A stretch of DNA of 41,993 bases from Promethearchaeota archaeon (GCA_016840085.1 JAEOTA010000020.1:1-41993), one strand, 5' to 3'; shown: positions 10,602 to 19,494, numbered from the stretch's first letter. Notes: a model not told the origin generated them from the letters alone. Numbers and translations are program-made.

Positions 10602-10853
10602 ATGACTTCTAAATTCGAAAAAATGGTTTTTAAGGTTGGATCTAAAGGCGAGATCTTTCCACCCAAAGAGATTAGGAAAAAACTTGGTCTTAAACCAAAT
10701 CAACCAATTTTAATGACAGTACATGGCGATAAACTTATAATTAGAAAAATCCACAATATAGAGGAAATTCTAAAAACACCTCCAAAAGTAAAGATTAGTT
10801 ATCATGCATGGAAACAATTTAAAGAACAATTATCTGAGGATTATGAAAAATGA
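10602..10853 (+). CDS. AbrB/MazE/SpoVT-family antitoxin (VapB-like)
   Basis: KVGSKGEIFPPKEIRKKLGLKP...LIIRK swapped-hairpin signature; ATGA overlap with the PIN gene. Confidence 0.88.
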   Translation: MTSKFEKMVFKVGSKGEIFPPKEIRKKLGLKPNQPILMTVHGDKLIIRKIHNIEEILKTPPKVKISYHAWKQFKEQLSEDYEK

Positions 10854-11341
10854 AAATCTTAATTGATACTTCTTACTTTTTACGTCTCATAAAAGTAGAG
10901 GTAGAAGGAATCCCTCAAGATTTACTGATTAATCTATTGGAAAAAAATTCTCATGAGTTCTATTACTCTGAACTTTCCATATTTGAATTGACTGCAAAAG
11001 GATTAAAACTAACAATTCAAGATACAAATATTTTAGTTCAGGATATTAGAATTGGTATTGATTCTATTATAAATGATAATCGTTTAATTACTATATCATA
11101 TACCAATAATCCTTATATTATTGAAATTGCAGCAGAATTAAGAAATATTCATAAAGACACCATTGATTGTCTGATTATTGCCAGTGCGATTTGCGAAAGC
11201 GATTGTATTATCACTATGGATTATGATTTTTACGAAAAAGTAATACAACATAAAATAATAAAAGAAAAAATGCTTGAAATCAATAATAACTTTAAATTTT
11301 GGTTTAATGACCTTTCCGAAGAACCAAAATCATTAAAATAA
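10850..11341 (+). CDS. vapC: PIN-domain toxin (VapC-like ribonuclease)
   Basis: ILIDTS, SIFEL, DTIDCLIIASA and ITMD carry the acidic catalytic residues; translationally coupled to the AbrB gene. Confidence 0.88.
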   Translation: MKILIDTSYFLRLIKVEVEGIPQDLLINLLEKNSHEFYYSELSIFELTAKGLKLTIQDTNILVQDIRIGIDSIINDNRLITISYTNNPYIIEIAAELRNIHKDTIDCLIIASAICESDCIITMDYDFYEKVIQHKIIKEKMLEINNNFKFWFNDLSEEPKSLK

Positions 11342-11446
11342 AAACTCCAAAAAAATGGTGGTATTGTTTCTCGGTTCTGGGATCGTCCTGTGAACTGTTT
11401 AGTAAAAATATGTGATTATGCTAAATATTGAAGGAGGTTTAACTAA
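11342..11446 (+). pseudogene. Relic duplicate of the 3' end of the acyl-CoA ligase alpha gene
   Basis: Reads KLQKNGGIVSRFWDRPVNCLVKICDYAKY*RRFN* versus KIRKYGGVAFRFWDRPVSCLAKICDYAKYRRKIT*. 11375..11428 matches 10294..10347 at 51/54 nt. Confidence 0.85.
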
Positions 11447-11474
11447 TAAAAATAAAGAAAAAAAATTATAGTTA

Positions 11475-11999
11475 CTATCTATTTTCTTCTTTTTCATGAT
11501 GAAGCATGACTACAATCCCTAAAATTAACATAGCCATATCATCTGAAACATCCGGTTTTATTTTTACACCATATGTGCCTTTAATTTTAAACAATTTCTT
11601 ACTTATTTCAGATATTTCTTTACCATCTTTTAGAATCTTGTATTTTAAAGCCCAGATATTACCTTTCATTGTAAATAATTTCTTTTCACTAGGGTCCTCA
11701 AACCAATAGTTAGGTTTAATAGATACTAATTTTCTTTTAAGTTTACCAATTAATTTATTGTCATCTTCCTCTCCACCTTCAAAGAATTTGTAGGTAGAAC
11801 GCATAGAGACTACTTTCTCGTGGACAGTTAAGAGTGGATTATCTTGAAGATCTCTCAAACGATATGTATTGCCAATTTTTATTATTTTACCCTTAAAATA
11901 ACCGAGTTCCTCTTTATCAGGAGTCATTACTTTAACTTTATCTCTAAAAGACATAAGTTTCTCCTGTAACAGAAAATCTCTTTGCTTTTTAAGTTCGAT
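11475..11999 (-). CDS. LURP-one-related / scramblase-like (tubby C-terminal-like) protein
   Basis: Repeated strand units (EKLMSFRD, EKVVSMRS, RKLVSIKP, KKLFKIKG), KGNIW, TYGV and a C-terminal hydrophobic helix. Start is uncertain: ORF-track ATG is 11954, but the frame and motif extend to 11999-12002. Confidence 0.75.
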   Translation of the reverse strand: MELKKQRDFLLQEKLMSFRDKVKVMTPDKEELGYFKGKIIKIGNTYRLRDLQDNPLLTVHEKVVSMRSTYKFFEGGEEDDNKLIGKLKRKLVSIKPNYWFEDPSEKKLFTMKGNIWALKYKILKDGKEISEISKKLFKIKGTYGVKIKPDVSDDMAMLILGIVVMLHHEKEENR

Positions 12000-12115
12000 A
12001 ATTCATCAACTCAATTTGTAATTATATTTTTAATAAAATAGTAAATTCTAATTATAAATATATATGGAGTTGTTAAAGAATAAAAAAGGAATTTATTATA
12101 TTAAGATCTAGTTCA

Positions 12116-12850
12116 TTAAGATGGTAAATTATCTGAATTTCTCTTGGTTTTCTTTCTTTTTAATATCTTCACCATAATATAAATAAATCCTATAAAGCAA
12201 CTAAAGATTAGAAGAGTTAATCTGAAATAATAGCTTACATTGGATTTAATAGAATAGCTTGGGTAATGAAACACTAAGTGTGGGTGGTAATTTTGATTAA
12301 GATATTCTTTTGTATTGATCAATACCCTTGCTTCATCTTCTATATCCTGATCATATAAAATAAGGTTTAATTCTAAAGTTGAAGTAAAGATCAAATCAGT
12401 TATATCGAAGAGACATGTTCCATCCACTGTGAGATTCAAAGATTTCACTGCCCATGTAATATTTGAAGGACCATTAATCCATGTAATTGTCTCTTCACTC
12501 CAATATTCATTTACGAAACCCATATCTAAATCAAGCGGTTTAGGAATATTATTAACTGTTAATGAGAGCGAAACCATTTCCCAGCCACTTTCTATAAAAC
12601 TTATATTGAAATAAATAAAAGCCATATTTTTTCGTAAAGCAAAAGAATGTTCAGGAATATAATTACCGTAGTGCATATATTCCGAATCACCATAATTATT
12701 CTCTGGAAGTTCATTAAATACATGAGAATCTTTTGAAGAAAAGATGATTTGCTTATAAGAATTAGATGCATTTCCAGTATTAGTGAAAATTAAGCAAAAT
12801 ATAAATAAATTTAAGGTAATTAACAAGAGTATTGTTTTTTTACGTTTCAT
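12116..12850 (-). CDS. Secreted, membrane-anchored DNRLRE (CBM96-like) domain protein
   Basis: Signal peptide, KDSHV..P..NYG, AFIYFNIS, WSEETITWIN.P, FDIT, TKE..P.L, then a C-terminal TM helix with a basic tail. Confidence 0.75.
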   Translation of the reverse strand: MKRKKTILLLITLNLFIFCLIFTNTGNASNSYKQIIFSSKDSHVFNELPENNYGDSEYMHYGNYIPEHSFALRKNMAFIYFNISFIESGWEMVSLSLTVNNIPKPLDLDMGFVNEYWSEETITWINGPSNITWAVKSLNLTVDGTCLFDITDLIFTSTLELNLILYDQDIEDEARVLINTKEYLNQNYHPHLVFHYPSYSIKSNVSYYFRLTLLIFSCFIGFIYIMVKILKRKKTKRNSDNLPS

Positions 12851-12997
12851 TTTAAAAAAATTGGACTATTTATTGGCTTATATATATAATTTTGTAGATT
12901 CTTTTTTAAAATTTTATGAAATTAATTAATACTACTAATATACCTTATTTACAGTCCTTATAAAAATAAAATGAAAAATAAAAAAAATTATTATTGT

Positions 12998-14881
12998 TTA
13001 GCCTTTAATTGGCTTTCCTTGTTTGAGCTTATCTATATCCTTCTCTTGGAGTTCACGTCGTTGAACTTTACCCGTCATACTCACGGGCATCTTTCGAACA
13101 ACTTCTATTAAGCGTGGAGTTTTCCATTTCGCCATATTATTCAAACACCATTCTTTTATTTCATCAATCGTAATATTCTTATCGATTTTATACCCCTTCT
13201 TTAAAGTTATCCACGCTTTAACCTTTTCGCCTGTCATCTCATCAGGTAGACTGGCAACCGCAATTTCATCGATTGCATCATGATGTCCCATCAATTCCTC
13301 AACTTCTTTGGGAAATACTGAATGACCAGAAACCTTTATTAAGGATTTCTTACGATCTCGTATCTCAACAAATCCATGTTCATCCATAAACCCGATATCC
13401 CCCGTTAAAAGCCACCTTTGTCCGCCCCAAATTTTCAGATTATCTTCTTGCCCTCTTGTCTTTCCCAAGTATCCCATCATAACATGCGGACCAGCGATGC
13501 AAATCTCACCTGTGTTTTCAACTCCAAACCCTCCTCTTTCTTTTGTTCCATCACAAATAGGTCCCGCCTCAAAGTTGTCGGAAGGAAAGATAGCCCAATC
13601 CGCGCCGGGCATGGGTAAGCCTAATTTCCCTGTTTTATATGAACCCCAGAAAGGTGCTACACTATGAATCGGGGATGTTTCTGTTAATCCGTAACCAACT
13701 CTAATAGGGCAAAAAATCTCCTCAAATGGAACTCTTACATAATCATGCAAAGGTCCTGCCCCGGATGTAGAATATTTGAGTTTTTTCCAAAGATCGTACT
13801 TCTCCTTAAATTCTTCAACTCCCATACTTTGTACGAAATCTGTTAGCCTTTTGAATAGCATTTCTAGACCAACATACATAATTCCTTCTGGTGCGTCTAA
13901 TTTATTTATTGTTTCACACAATAAATTATCAGTAGGTGGTCTTGGAAAGAGGAGCATTTGCATTCCGAGTGAAAGCGCCCCATTCATCACACATGTCATT
14001 TTGGGGGAAACGTCCTATGCGTTTACCTTTCCAAAGCTGTGGAAAAATGGGATACTTCCAATGGTAATCATTCCAGGAGACAATTTGACCCATTCTTTAA
14101 CCATATATATATTAGCTACTAAATTTGCATGGCTAAGCATAGCTACTTTTGGTAATCCTGTAGTTCCACCAGTCATAAGATATACCGCAGGAGTCGTCCA
14201 TGGATCGATCTCAACCTTTATCTCTTTAGGTTCTGTATTTTTGATTATATCCTCCATCCAATGTATTTTATAGTGTTCGGTCTCGTTGGGGATAATGTCT
14301 TTAGCGCTTGGTATTCCTAAACCTTGAATAGTTTCTTGATCTGCCGTTAGGAAATCCACAAAGTTTGTAGGAATAACATGTTCTACGCTTGTTTGTGGGA
14401 GAACATCTTTAGGACCAGTGATATATAGCATATCCATCATAACAAAAACCTTTGCATCCGTCATTTTTAAAGAATGTAATAGTTCCATTGATTTATAAGT
14501 CATATTAATTCCTTGTGCGATTGCACCAATATATTGGCACCCCATATAAGCAACGACAAAATTGATGGAATTGGGTACATCAATCGCAACTACGTCCCCC
14601 TGTTTTATTCCCAAGTTATCGGAAAGAAAAGTTCCAAACCTCTTAGCATATTCAAAAAGAGTTTTCAGTTTCACTCGTTCCATGTATGATTTATATACAA
14701 ACACGCAGATATCATTATCCCACGTTCCATATAAATCAGCTGCATGGAGATAGCCCTCCCACATTGGGGTGATTTTAACACCATCAACATCTTTTAGTTG
14801 CTTTGGAACTCCTTCTGGCCAATAACCCTCGGTAAACCAAATTTTTTTCTCATCAACTAAAAAATCATCTAAACTTGGCAT
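12998..14881 (-). CDS. Long-chain fatty-acid--CoA ligase (AMP-binding), interrupted by a 30-nt putative BHB intron; 617 aa if spliced
   Basis: 5' part has YLMTGGTTGLPK and PFFHSFG. 3' part has GYGLTETSP, GEICIAGP, WLLTGDIG, DRKK.LIKVSG.SVFP.EVE and TGKVQRREL. Both parts are in the same frame, and removing 30 nt gives PFFHSFGMTCVMN. Confidence 0.92.
13999..14028 (-). other. Putative bulge-helix-bulge (tRNA-endonuclease-type) mRNA intron, 30 nt, with in-frame UAG
   Basis: mRNA: ...CAGCU-UUGG-AA^A-GGUAAACG-CAUAGGA-CGUUUCCC-CCAA-AA^U-GACA... It shows a 4-bp central helix UUGG/CCAA, two 3-nt bulges, a 7/8-bp intron stem and an extended exon-exon stem. Folded by hand. Confidence 0.85.
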
Positions 14882-15032
14882 TTGATTTCACTTTTATACT
14901 TAATTTACATTTAAAATTTTGATATTATTAGTTAAATTTAGTTATTATAATATGATTGATATACTATCATATAATAATTTAACTTGAATTAGCATTAGTT
15001 CGTGTTAATATAATTTACACTTTTGAAGATAA

Positions 15033-15887
15033 ATGGGATTTAAAGATAAACTTAAAGAAAGATTAAAAGGAAAGCTATCTGAAGAAGAACTTGCACTCCT
15101 TCCAAGAGGATTTCAGACTTTGGGAAAGGTTATAATATTAAAGCTTAATCAGAAATTACTAGCCCAAAAAGACCTTATTGGCAAAGTATGCTTAGAATTA
15201 TTCCCGAAGATAAAATCAATTTATGTTAACGTGGGTAAAATTGTTGGTACTTTTCGAGAACCTGAGAAAATTGAACTTATGGCGGGTGAAGATAATCCTC
15301 TTGTTGAACATAAGGAACACGATGTAATTTATAGATTTGATATTACCAAAATAATGTTTAGCAAGGGAAATTTGAATGAAAGAAGATTCTTGGCAACTTT
15401 GGTTAAAAAAGGAGAAATTATTGTCGATGTATTTGCAGGTATTGGCTATTTTTCATTACCAATAGCAAGACATTCAGCTGCGGAGCGAATTTATAGCATC
15501 GAGCTCAATCCAGAATCATATAGATTTCTTATTGAAAATATTAAGATAAATCATTTTAAAGATATTATTATTCCAATTAACGGCGATTGCAAACAGGAAG
15601 TCTTAAAGTTAAGTAAAGCAGGAATTAAGGCAGATCGCATAATTATGGGTGTTTTTCCAGCACCAAAAGAATATATTAAAGAAGCTTTAACACTAACGAA
15701 GGATAATGGGTCAATATTTCATTATGAAGGAGTAGTTGAGAAAGAAAAATATATAACTTTATTTGAAGATTTTAATGAAATAGCGGAGAGCGAATATTAT
15801 AAATGCGAATTAAAATCATACAGATTTGTAAAGAGTTATGGTCCAAATTTGTTTCATACCGTAATAGATATCTTTGTATCAAAATGA
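15033..15887 (+). CDS. Trm5/Taw2 (Met-10+-like) SAM-dependent tRNA-modifying transferase
   Basis: HKEHD..Y.FD..KIMFSKGNLNER, VDVFAGIGYFSLP, ELNP, ADRIIMG and VKSYGP. Confidence 0.88.
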   Translation: MGFKDKLKERLKGKLSEEELALLPRGFQTLGKVIILKLNQKLLAQKDLIGKVCLELFPKIKSIYVNVGKIVGTFREPEKIELMAGEDNPLVEHKEHDVIYRFDITKIMFSKGNLNERRFLATLVKKGEIIVDVFAGIGYFSLPIARHSAAERIYSIELNPESYRFLIENIKINHFKDIIIPINGDCKQEVLKLSKAGIKADRIIMGVFPAPKEYIKEALTLTKDNGSIFHYEGVVEKEKYITLFEDFNEIAESEYYKCELKSYRFVKSYGPNLFHTVIDIFVSK

Positions 15888-15981
15888 TTCCTTCTTATTT
15901 CTTATAGATAAAGTGAAAGATATGTTATAATCATTGTAAAATAACTAAATCTTTTAAATAAAATTGAATTATGTATAAACC

Positions 15982-16563
15982 ATGGAAACTGAATCCAATC
16001 AAATAATAATAATAGATTCTGCTAGTAAATCCAAGGTTTATTTAATGGGAGGAATTTTAATTTTTTTGTTAGTTATTTTAAATGCAATATTTGGAATAAT
16101 CACTTTTAATATGCAAACGTTCAAAGATACCTTAAATTCTATACTAATTTTACATTTGCCAGTCAGTGCCTTTTTTTTATTTTTGTTATTCTATTTCTCC
16201 ATGCTTTATGCATCAGTTTCAAAAATTTCAATCTCAGATAATAGAATTGAATTTAAACAATTTCCAAAAAGGCATCCAGTCACAGTTAATTGGACCGATT
16301 TTGACATGATTAAACTTAAAGTCTCAGGTGCAAGAGGTACAAGTACAGGTTTTTCTACACGCTCTCAATCTATAATAAGAACACTAAGAATTAGATTTTT
16401 ACGAGATACACCACCGACATTCTCTAAAAGGAACAATCATAAGATTTTTAGTGATTCGAAAGTAAGCGAAATACTTCGTGCATTAGTGAATTTTGCTAAA
16501 AGAATGAATAAGAATATCATTATAAATCATCGTACTCAAAGATATTATCATATAACAGTTTGA
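15982..16563 (+). CDS. Hypothetical membrane protein (2 TM helices plus basic soluble domain)
   Basis: 193-aa ORF with two hydrophobic segments followed by a beta-rich region; no family recognised. Confidence 0.6.
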   Translation: METESNQIIIIDSASKSKVYLMGGILIFLLVILNAIFGIITFNMQTFKDTLNSILILHLPVSAFFLFLLFYFSMLYASVSKISISDNRIEFKQFPKRHPVTVNWTDFDMIKLKVSGARGTSTGFSTRSQSIIRTLRIRFLRDTPPTFSKRNNHKIFSDSKVSEILRALVNFAKRMNKNIIINHRTQRYYHITV

Positions 16564-16743
16564 ATTTTAGAAGTTCAAGAAGAATTAAAACAACCAGACC
16601 AATAGATTTTTACTTCAATTTAAATTAAGGTTGAAATAATTAGTTAATTTTATTTATTGAATAGAAGAAATATATCTTATAAGGGAGATAAATAGTTAAT
16701 ATATATTTTTAGATAATTTATAAAATAAAGGATATGACTAGAT

Positions 16744-17994
16744 TTGACAGAAGAAGTTATCATTGGTCTTGATTATAGCCACAACAACATTTTAACTCTT
16801 GAATCTTCCAGCTTTTCCGAATTTACACAATTCTTATTTACTTCTGGTTATAAAATAGGACAAATAAAATCAGGGTTCAACTCATTAAGTGATTTGAAAA
16901 AATATAAAGTAATAATCCTATCAACTCCTAAAAATATTAATTTAAAACCTGAAGAAATTGAGAATATTGAAACATATGTAAAAAATGGTGGAAGTCTATT
17001 AATTACAAGCTCAAGTGGCGGAGATTACACAAATAGAACGAATTTAAATGAATTAATACGAAAATTTGGATTTGAATTTGGATATGATGAAATTAATGAT
17101 TCAGTTAATTATGTGAACCTTCAAAGAAGACCGATTATTACAAAGTTTACACCGCATGTATTAACTGAACAGATAAAAAAAATAGTCTTTTCAAGTTCAT
17201 GTTCAACTCAAATAATAGATTTTGTTGATGCTGATAAAAGTGTTAAAGTAGATGGAATCTTACAGTCTGGTTTAAATTGTTGGCGTAAAAGACACGATGG
17301 TGAAGATTGGATTGAAGAAGATTGCCCTAAAATTCCAATATTAGTTGCTGTTGAGTATTATGCAGGAAAGGTGGTAGGTTTTGGAAATATTAGTATTTTT
17401 TCTTCTCTTGCTCGAGAATATGGATTCACTGCGTTTGACAATGATATTTTGATTGCTAATATTCTAAATTGGTTAATTGGAAGTATAGAATCTGAAGGGA
17501 AAGCAGTAACTGTCGATTTAAATCTAGATCTATTCTATTGGGCAGAAAATGTTATAAAAAATGAAAAATGGAAAAATCTTTCGGATCTTATAAATGTCAG
17601 TCTAAAATATTTTAAAGATAATTATTCTGAAATTATAGAATCAATCAAAAAAATACAGCAAGAAAAATTAGAGAGAAAAAAAGCTTATGAAAAAGCAAAA
17701 GAAGAGGTTTCAGGAGAGCATAAGGTTCTTGAAAAATTACCTAAAGTTGAAAGAAAAAAAGAAGACCTTGAAGAAATAATGGGTGCCTTAGAAGAAATCA
17801 CTGGTGAAAAATATGAATTATCAATTGATTTTGAAGAGGAAGAAGGTATGGAATATATTGAAGAAGAAACAGGAATAAGTTATTCTCATGAAGATATAGA
17901 GGGTTTTGAAGATGGCTATCCAAAAAAGGCAATTTGGCGTGGAAAACCTACTATCGCCTTTAAAGAGTGGTTAGAAAAGAAGTATAAAAGTTAA
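16744..17994 (+). CDS. GIFT/GldG/DUF4350-like domain protein with putative RHH segment and acidic coiled-coil tail
   Basis: LDYSHN, L..YKVIIL..P, EIENIETYVKNGGSLL, LN.LI.KFG..F, GKVVGFGN and N.ILI.NILNWL fit a class I GATase-like/GIFT fold. TTG start. Confidence 0.65.
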   Translation: MTEEVIIGLDYSHNNILTLESSSFSEFTQFLFTSGYKIGQIKSGFNSLSDLKKYKVIILSTPKNINLKPEEIENIETYVKNGGSLLITSSSGGDYTNRTNLNELIRKFGFEFGYDEINDSVNYVNLQRRPIITKFTPHVLTEQIKKIVFSSSCSTQIIDFVDADKSVKVDGILQSGLNCWRKRHDGEDWIEEDCPKIPILVAVEYYAGKVVGFGNISIFSSLAREYGFTAFDNDILIANILNWLIGSIESEGKAVTVDLNLDLFYWAENVIKNEKWKNLSDLINVSLKYFKDNYSEIIESIKKIQQEKLERKKAYEKAKEEVSGEHKVLEKLPKVERKKEDLEEIMGALEEITGEKYELSIDFEEEEGMEYIEEETGISYSHEDIEGFEDGYPKKAIWRGKPTIAFKEWLEKKYKS

Positions 17995-18078
17995 GACTAA
18001 CTTCATTTTAATGAAATATAATCGAAAAATAGAAATCAAATCTTATATTCTTCTCTCTAATAGATTTAATTTATATTT

Positions 18079-19488
18079 ATGATGGATAGATTCTTATTCG
18101 TTTTAGGTTCAAATTGGCAACTCTCACTTGCAGAGCTTGATAATTACCTTAAAAACTCTCAAAATAAAGGAAGAATTATTGATTATTCTGCAACTATTGC
18201 AATTGTTGAATTCGAAAACTTACATAAAGATAAACAATATGTAAATAAACTGATGGAACTACAATTTATTTTAGGAGGATGCCAAAAAATTGCTAAAATC
18301 TATGACTTTATTGATATTCAAACGATCCATGATGCATTCCCTTTAAATATTAATACTTACCAACATGTAGTGAAAGTAAGAGAAAAAATTCTAAATATCC
18401 TTGAAAATATACTTGTAGGAAAAAACCTGATTTTCCCAAAAGCATATGAAAGTATGTTTTACGCCGTATCTATTTATCCCAATCTTTATGATGATGATTA
18501 TTATACAGACATCTTAGTAAAACATTTTCTACTGTTTCTTAATACAGAAATAATGGAAATAATAAAACGAAAGGGATCAACTAAGGTACTTTATTATAAA
18601 TATCCCGATAAGAACATCAAATCTGGAAATCTGAACCCAATATTTCCTCATATTGTGATTAAATATGAATTGCTTAATGAAAATAGGGCTGAAATCATAT
18701 TTGGATTTACAGAAGAAGGTGTATATATTGCTAGAACTTTTACAGTAGACGATCCTAATTTTAAAAAGCAAATTGATGAGGAAAGACCTTTAAAAGAATT
18801 CAAAAGTAGTATTTCTCCAAAATTGGCAACAATTATGTTAAATTTTTTAAACTTATTTGATTCCAGAGAGAAAAAAAGAATACTTGATCCTTTTGTTGGT
18901 AATGGAACAATACTTTTATTTGCCTTATTACATGATTTTCAAATTTATGGGTCGGATAATGATATTGAAAAAGTTGAAAACACTGCTCGTAATTTAAATT
19001 GGTTATTAGAATTATTAGAAGAAGAAATCCCCCCACTTTTTAACAAAAGAATAGCAAGGTGTGATATTAAAAATCTTTCTGAGAATTATGAGCATAATTT
19101 CTTTGATGGAATCATAACAGAGCCTGAGTTAGGTCCCTACTATTTAGAAAAACCATACTATTCTCAAGTAAAAGAGTTGATAAAAACAAATTTACAGCCT
19201 TTATATGATGATTTCATTAGAGAAGCATATCAAATATTAAAACCAAAAGGTAGAATATGTTTTATTTCTCCAATTATTAATACCATAGATGGGGGGGAGG
19301 TCCAGATAAATATTGAAAAGCTTGCTAGTAAAAATAATTTTAAACAAGTTTTTTTACTAGATACAAATAGGCTCGTTAGAAAATCTAATAAAAAACTTCA
19401 ATTTGCCAGAAATCAGATAAAAACAATGATTGATGCTAAAAAGGGTCAAATAATAATAAGAAAACTTTATGTTTTTGAAAAAGCGTGA
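18079..19488 (+). CDS. Trm11/Trm14-like (THUMP-associated) RNA methyltransferase
   Basis: LSLAEL N-terminus, SISPKLA.IMLN, ILDPFVGNGTIL, GSD, DGIITEPELG and LKPKGRI. Confidence 0.75.
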   Translation: MMDRFLFVLGSNWQLSLAELDNYLKNSQNKGRIIDYSATIAIVEFENLHKDKQYVNKLMELQFILGGCQKIAKIYDFIDIQTIHDAFPLNINTYQHVVKVREKILNILENILVGKNLIFPKAYESMFYAVSIYPNLYDDDYYTDILVKHFLLFLNTEIMEIIKRKGSTKVLYYKYPDKNIKSGNLNPIFPHIVIKYELLNENRAEIIFGFTEEGVYIARTFTVDDPNFKKQIDEERPLKEFKSSISPKLATIMLNFLNLFDSREKKRILDPFVGNGTILLFALLHDFQIYGSDNDIEKVENTARNLNWLLELLEEEIPPLFNKRIARCDIKNLSENYEHNFFDGIITEPELGPYYLEKPYYSQVKELIKTNLQPLYDDFIREAYQILKPKGRICFISPIINTIDGGEVQINIEKLASKNNFKQVFLLDTNRLVRKSNKKLQFARNQIKTMIDAKKGQIIIRKLYVFEKA

Positions 19489-19494
19489 ATTTCT

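Noticed and set aside
10602-11341. TA cassette as an IS element or provirus
   Set aside because: No transposase, integrase or terminal inverted repeats; only the duplicated gene end is supportable.
14015-14017. Pyrrolysine or other readthrough of the in-frame TAG in the acyl-CoA ligase
   Set aside because: Readthrough would leave a 10-aa insertion (KVNAXDVSPK) inside the conserved FHSFG-MT core, whereas BHB excision restores it exactly. No pyl genes are present in the window. It is not formally excluded.
14015-14026. Spliceosomal-looking AG|GTAAAC...TAG|G 12-nt segment nested in the insert
   Set aside because: Removing it would delete the stop in frame, but 12 nt is too short for a spliceosomal intron, archaea have no known spliceosome, and 6 extra residues would remain in the motif. 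Treated as coincidence.
12998-14881. Interpretation as a decayed pseudogene or two independent genes
   Set aside because: Both halves are intact and in frame, and the single lesion has precise BHB geometry.
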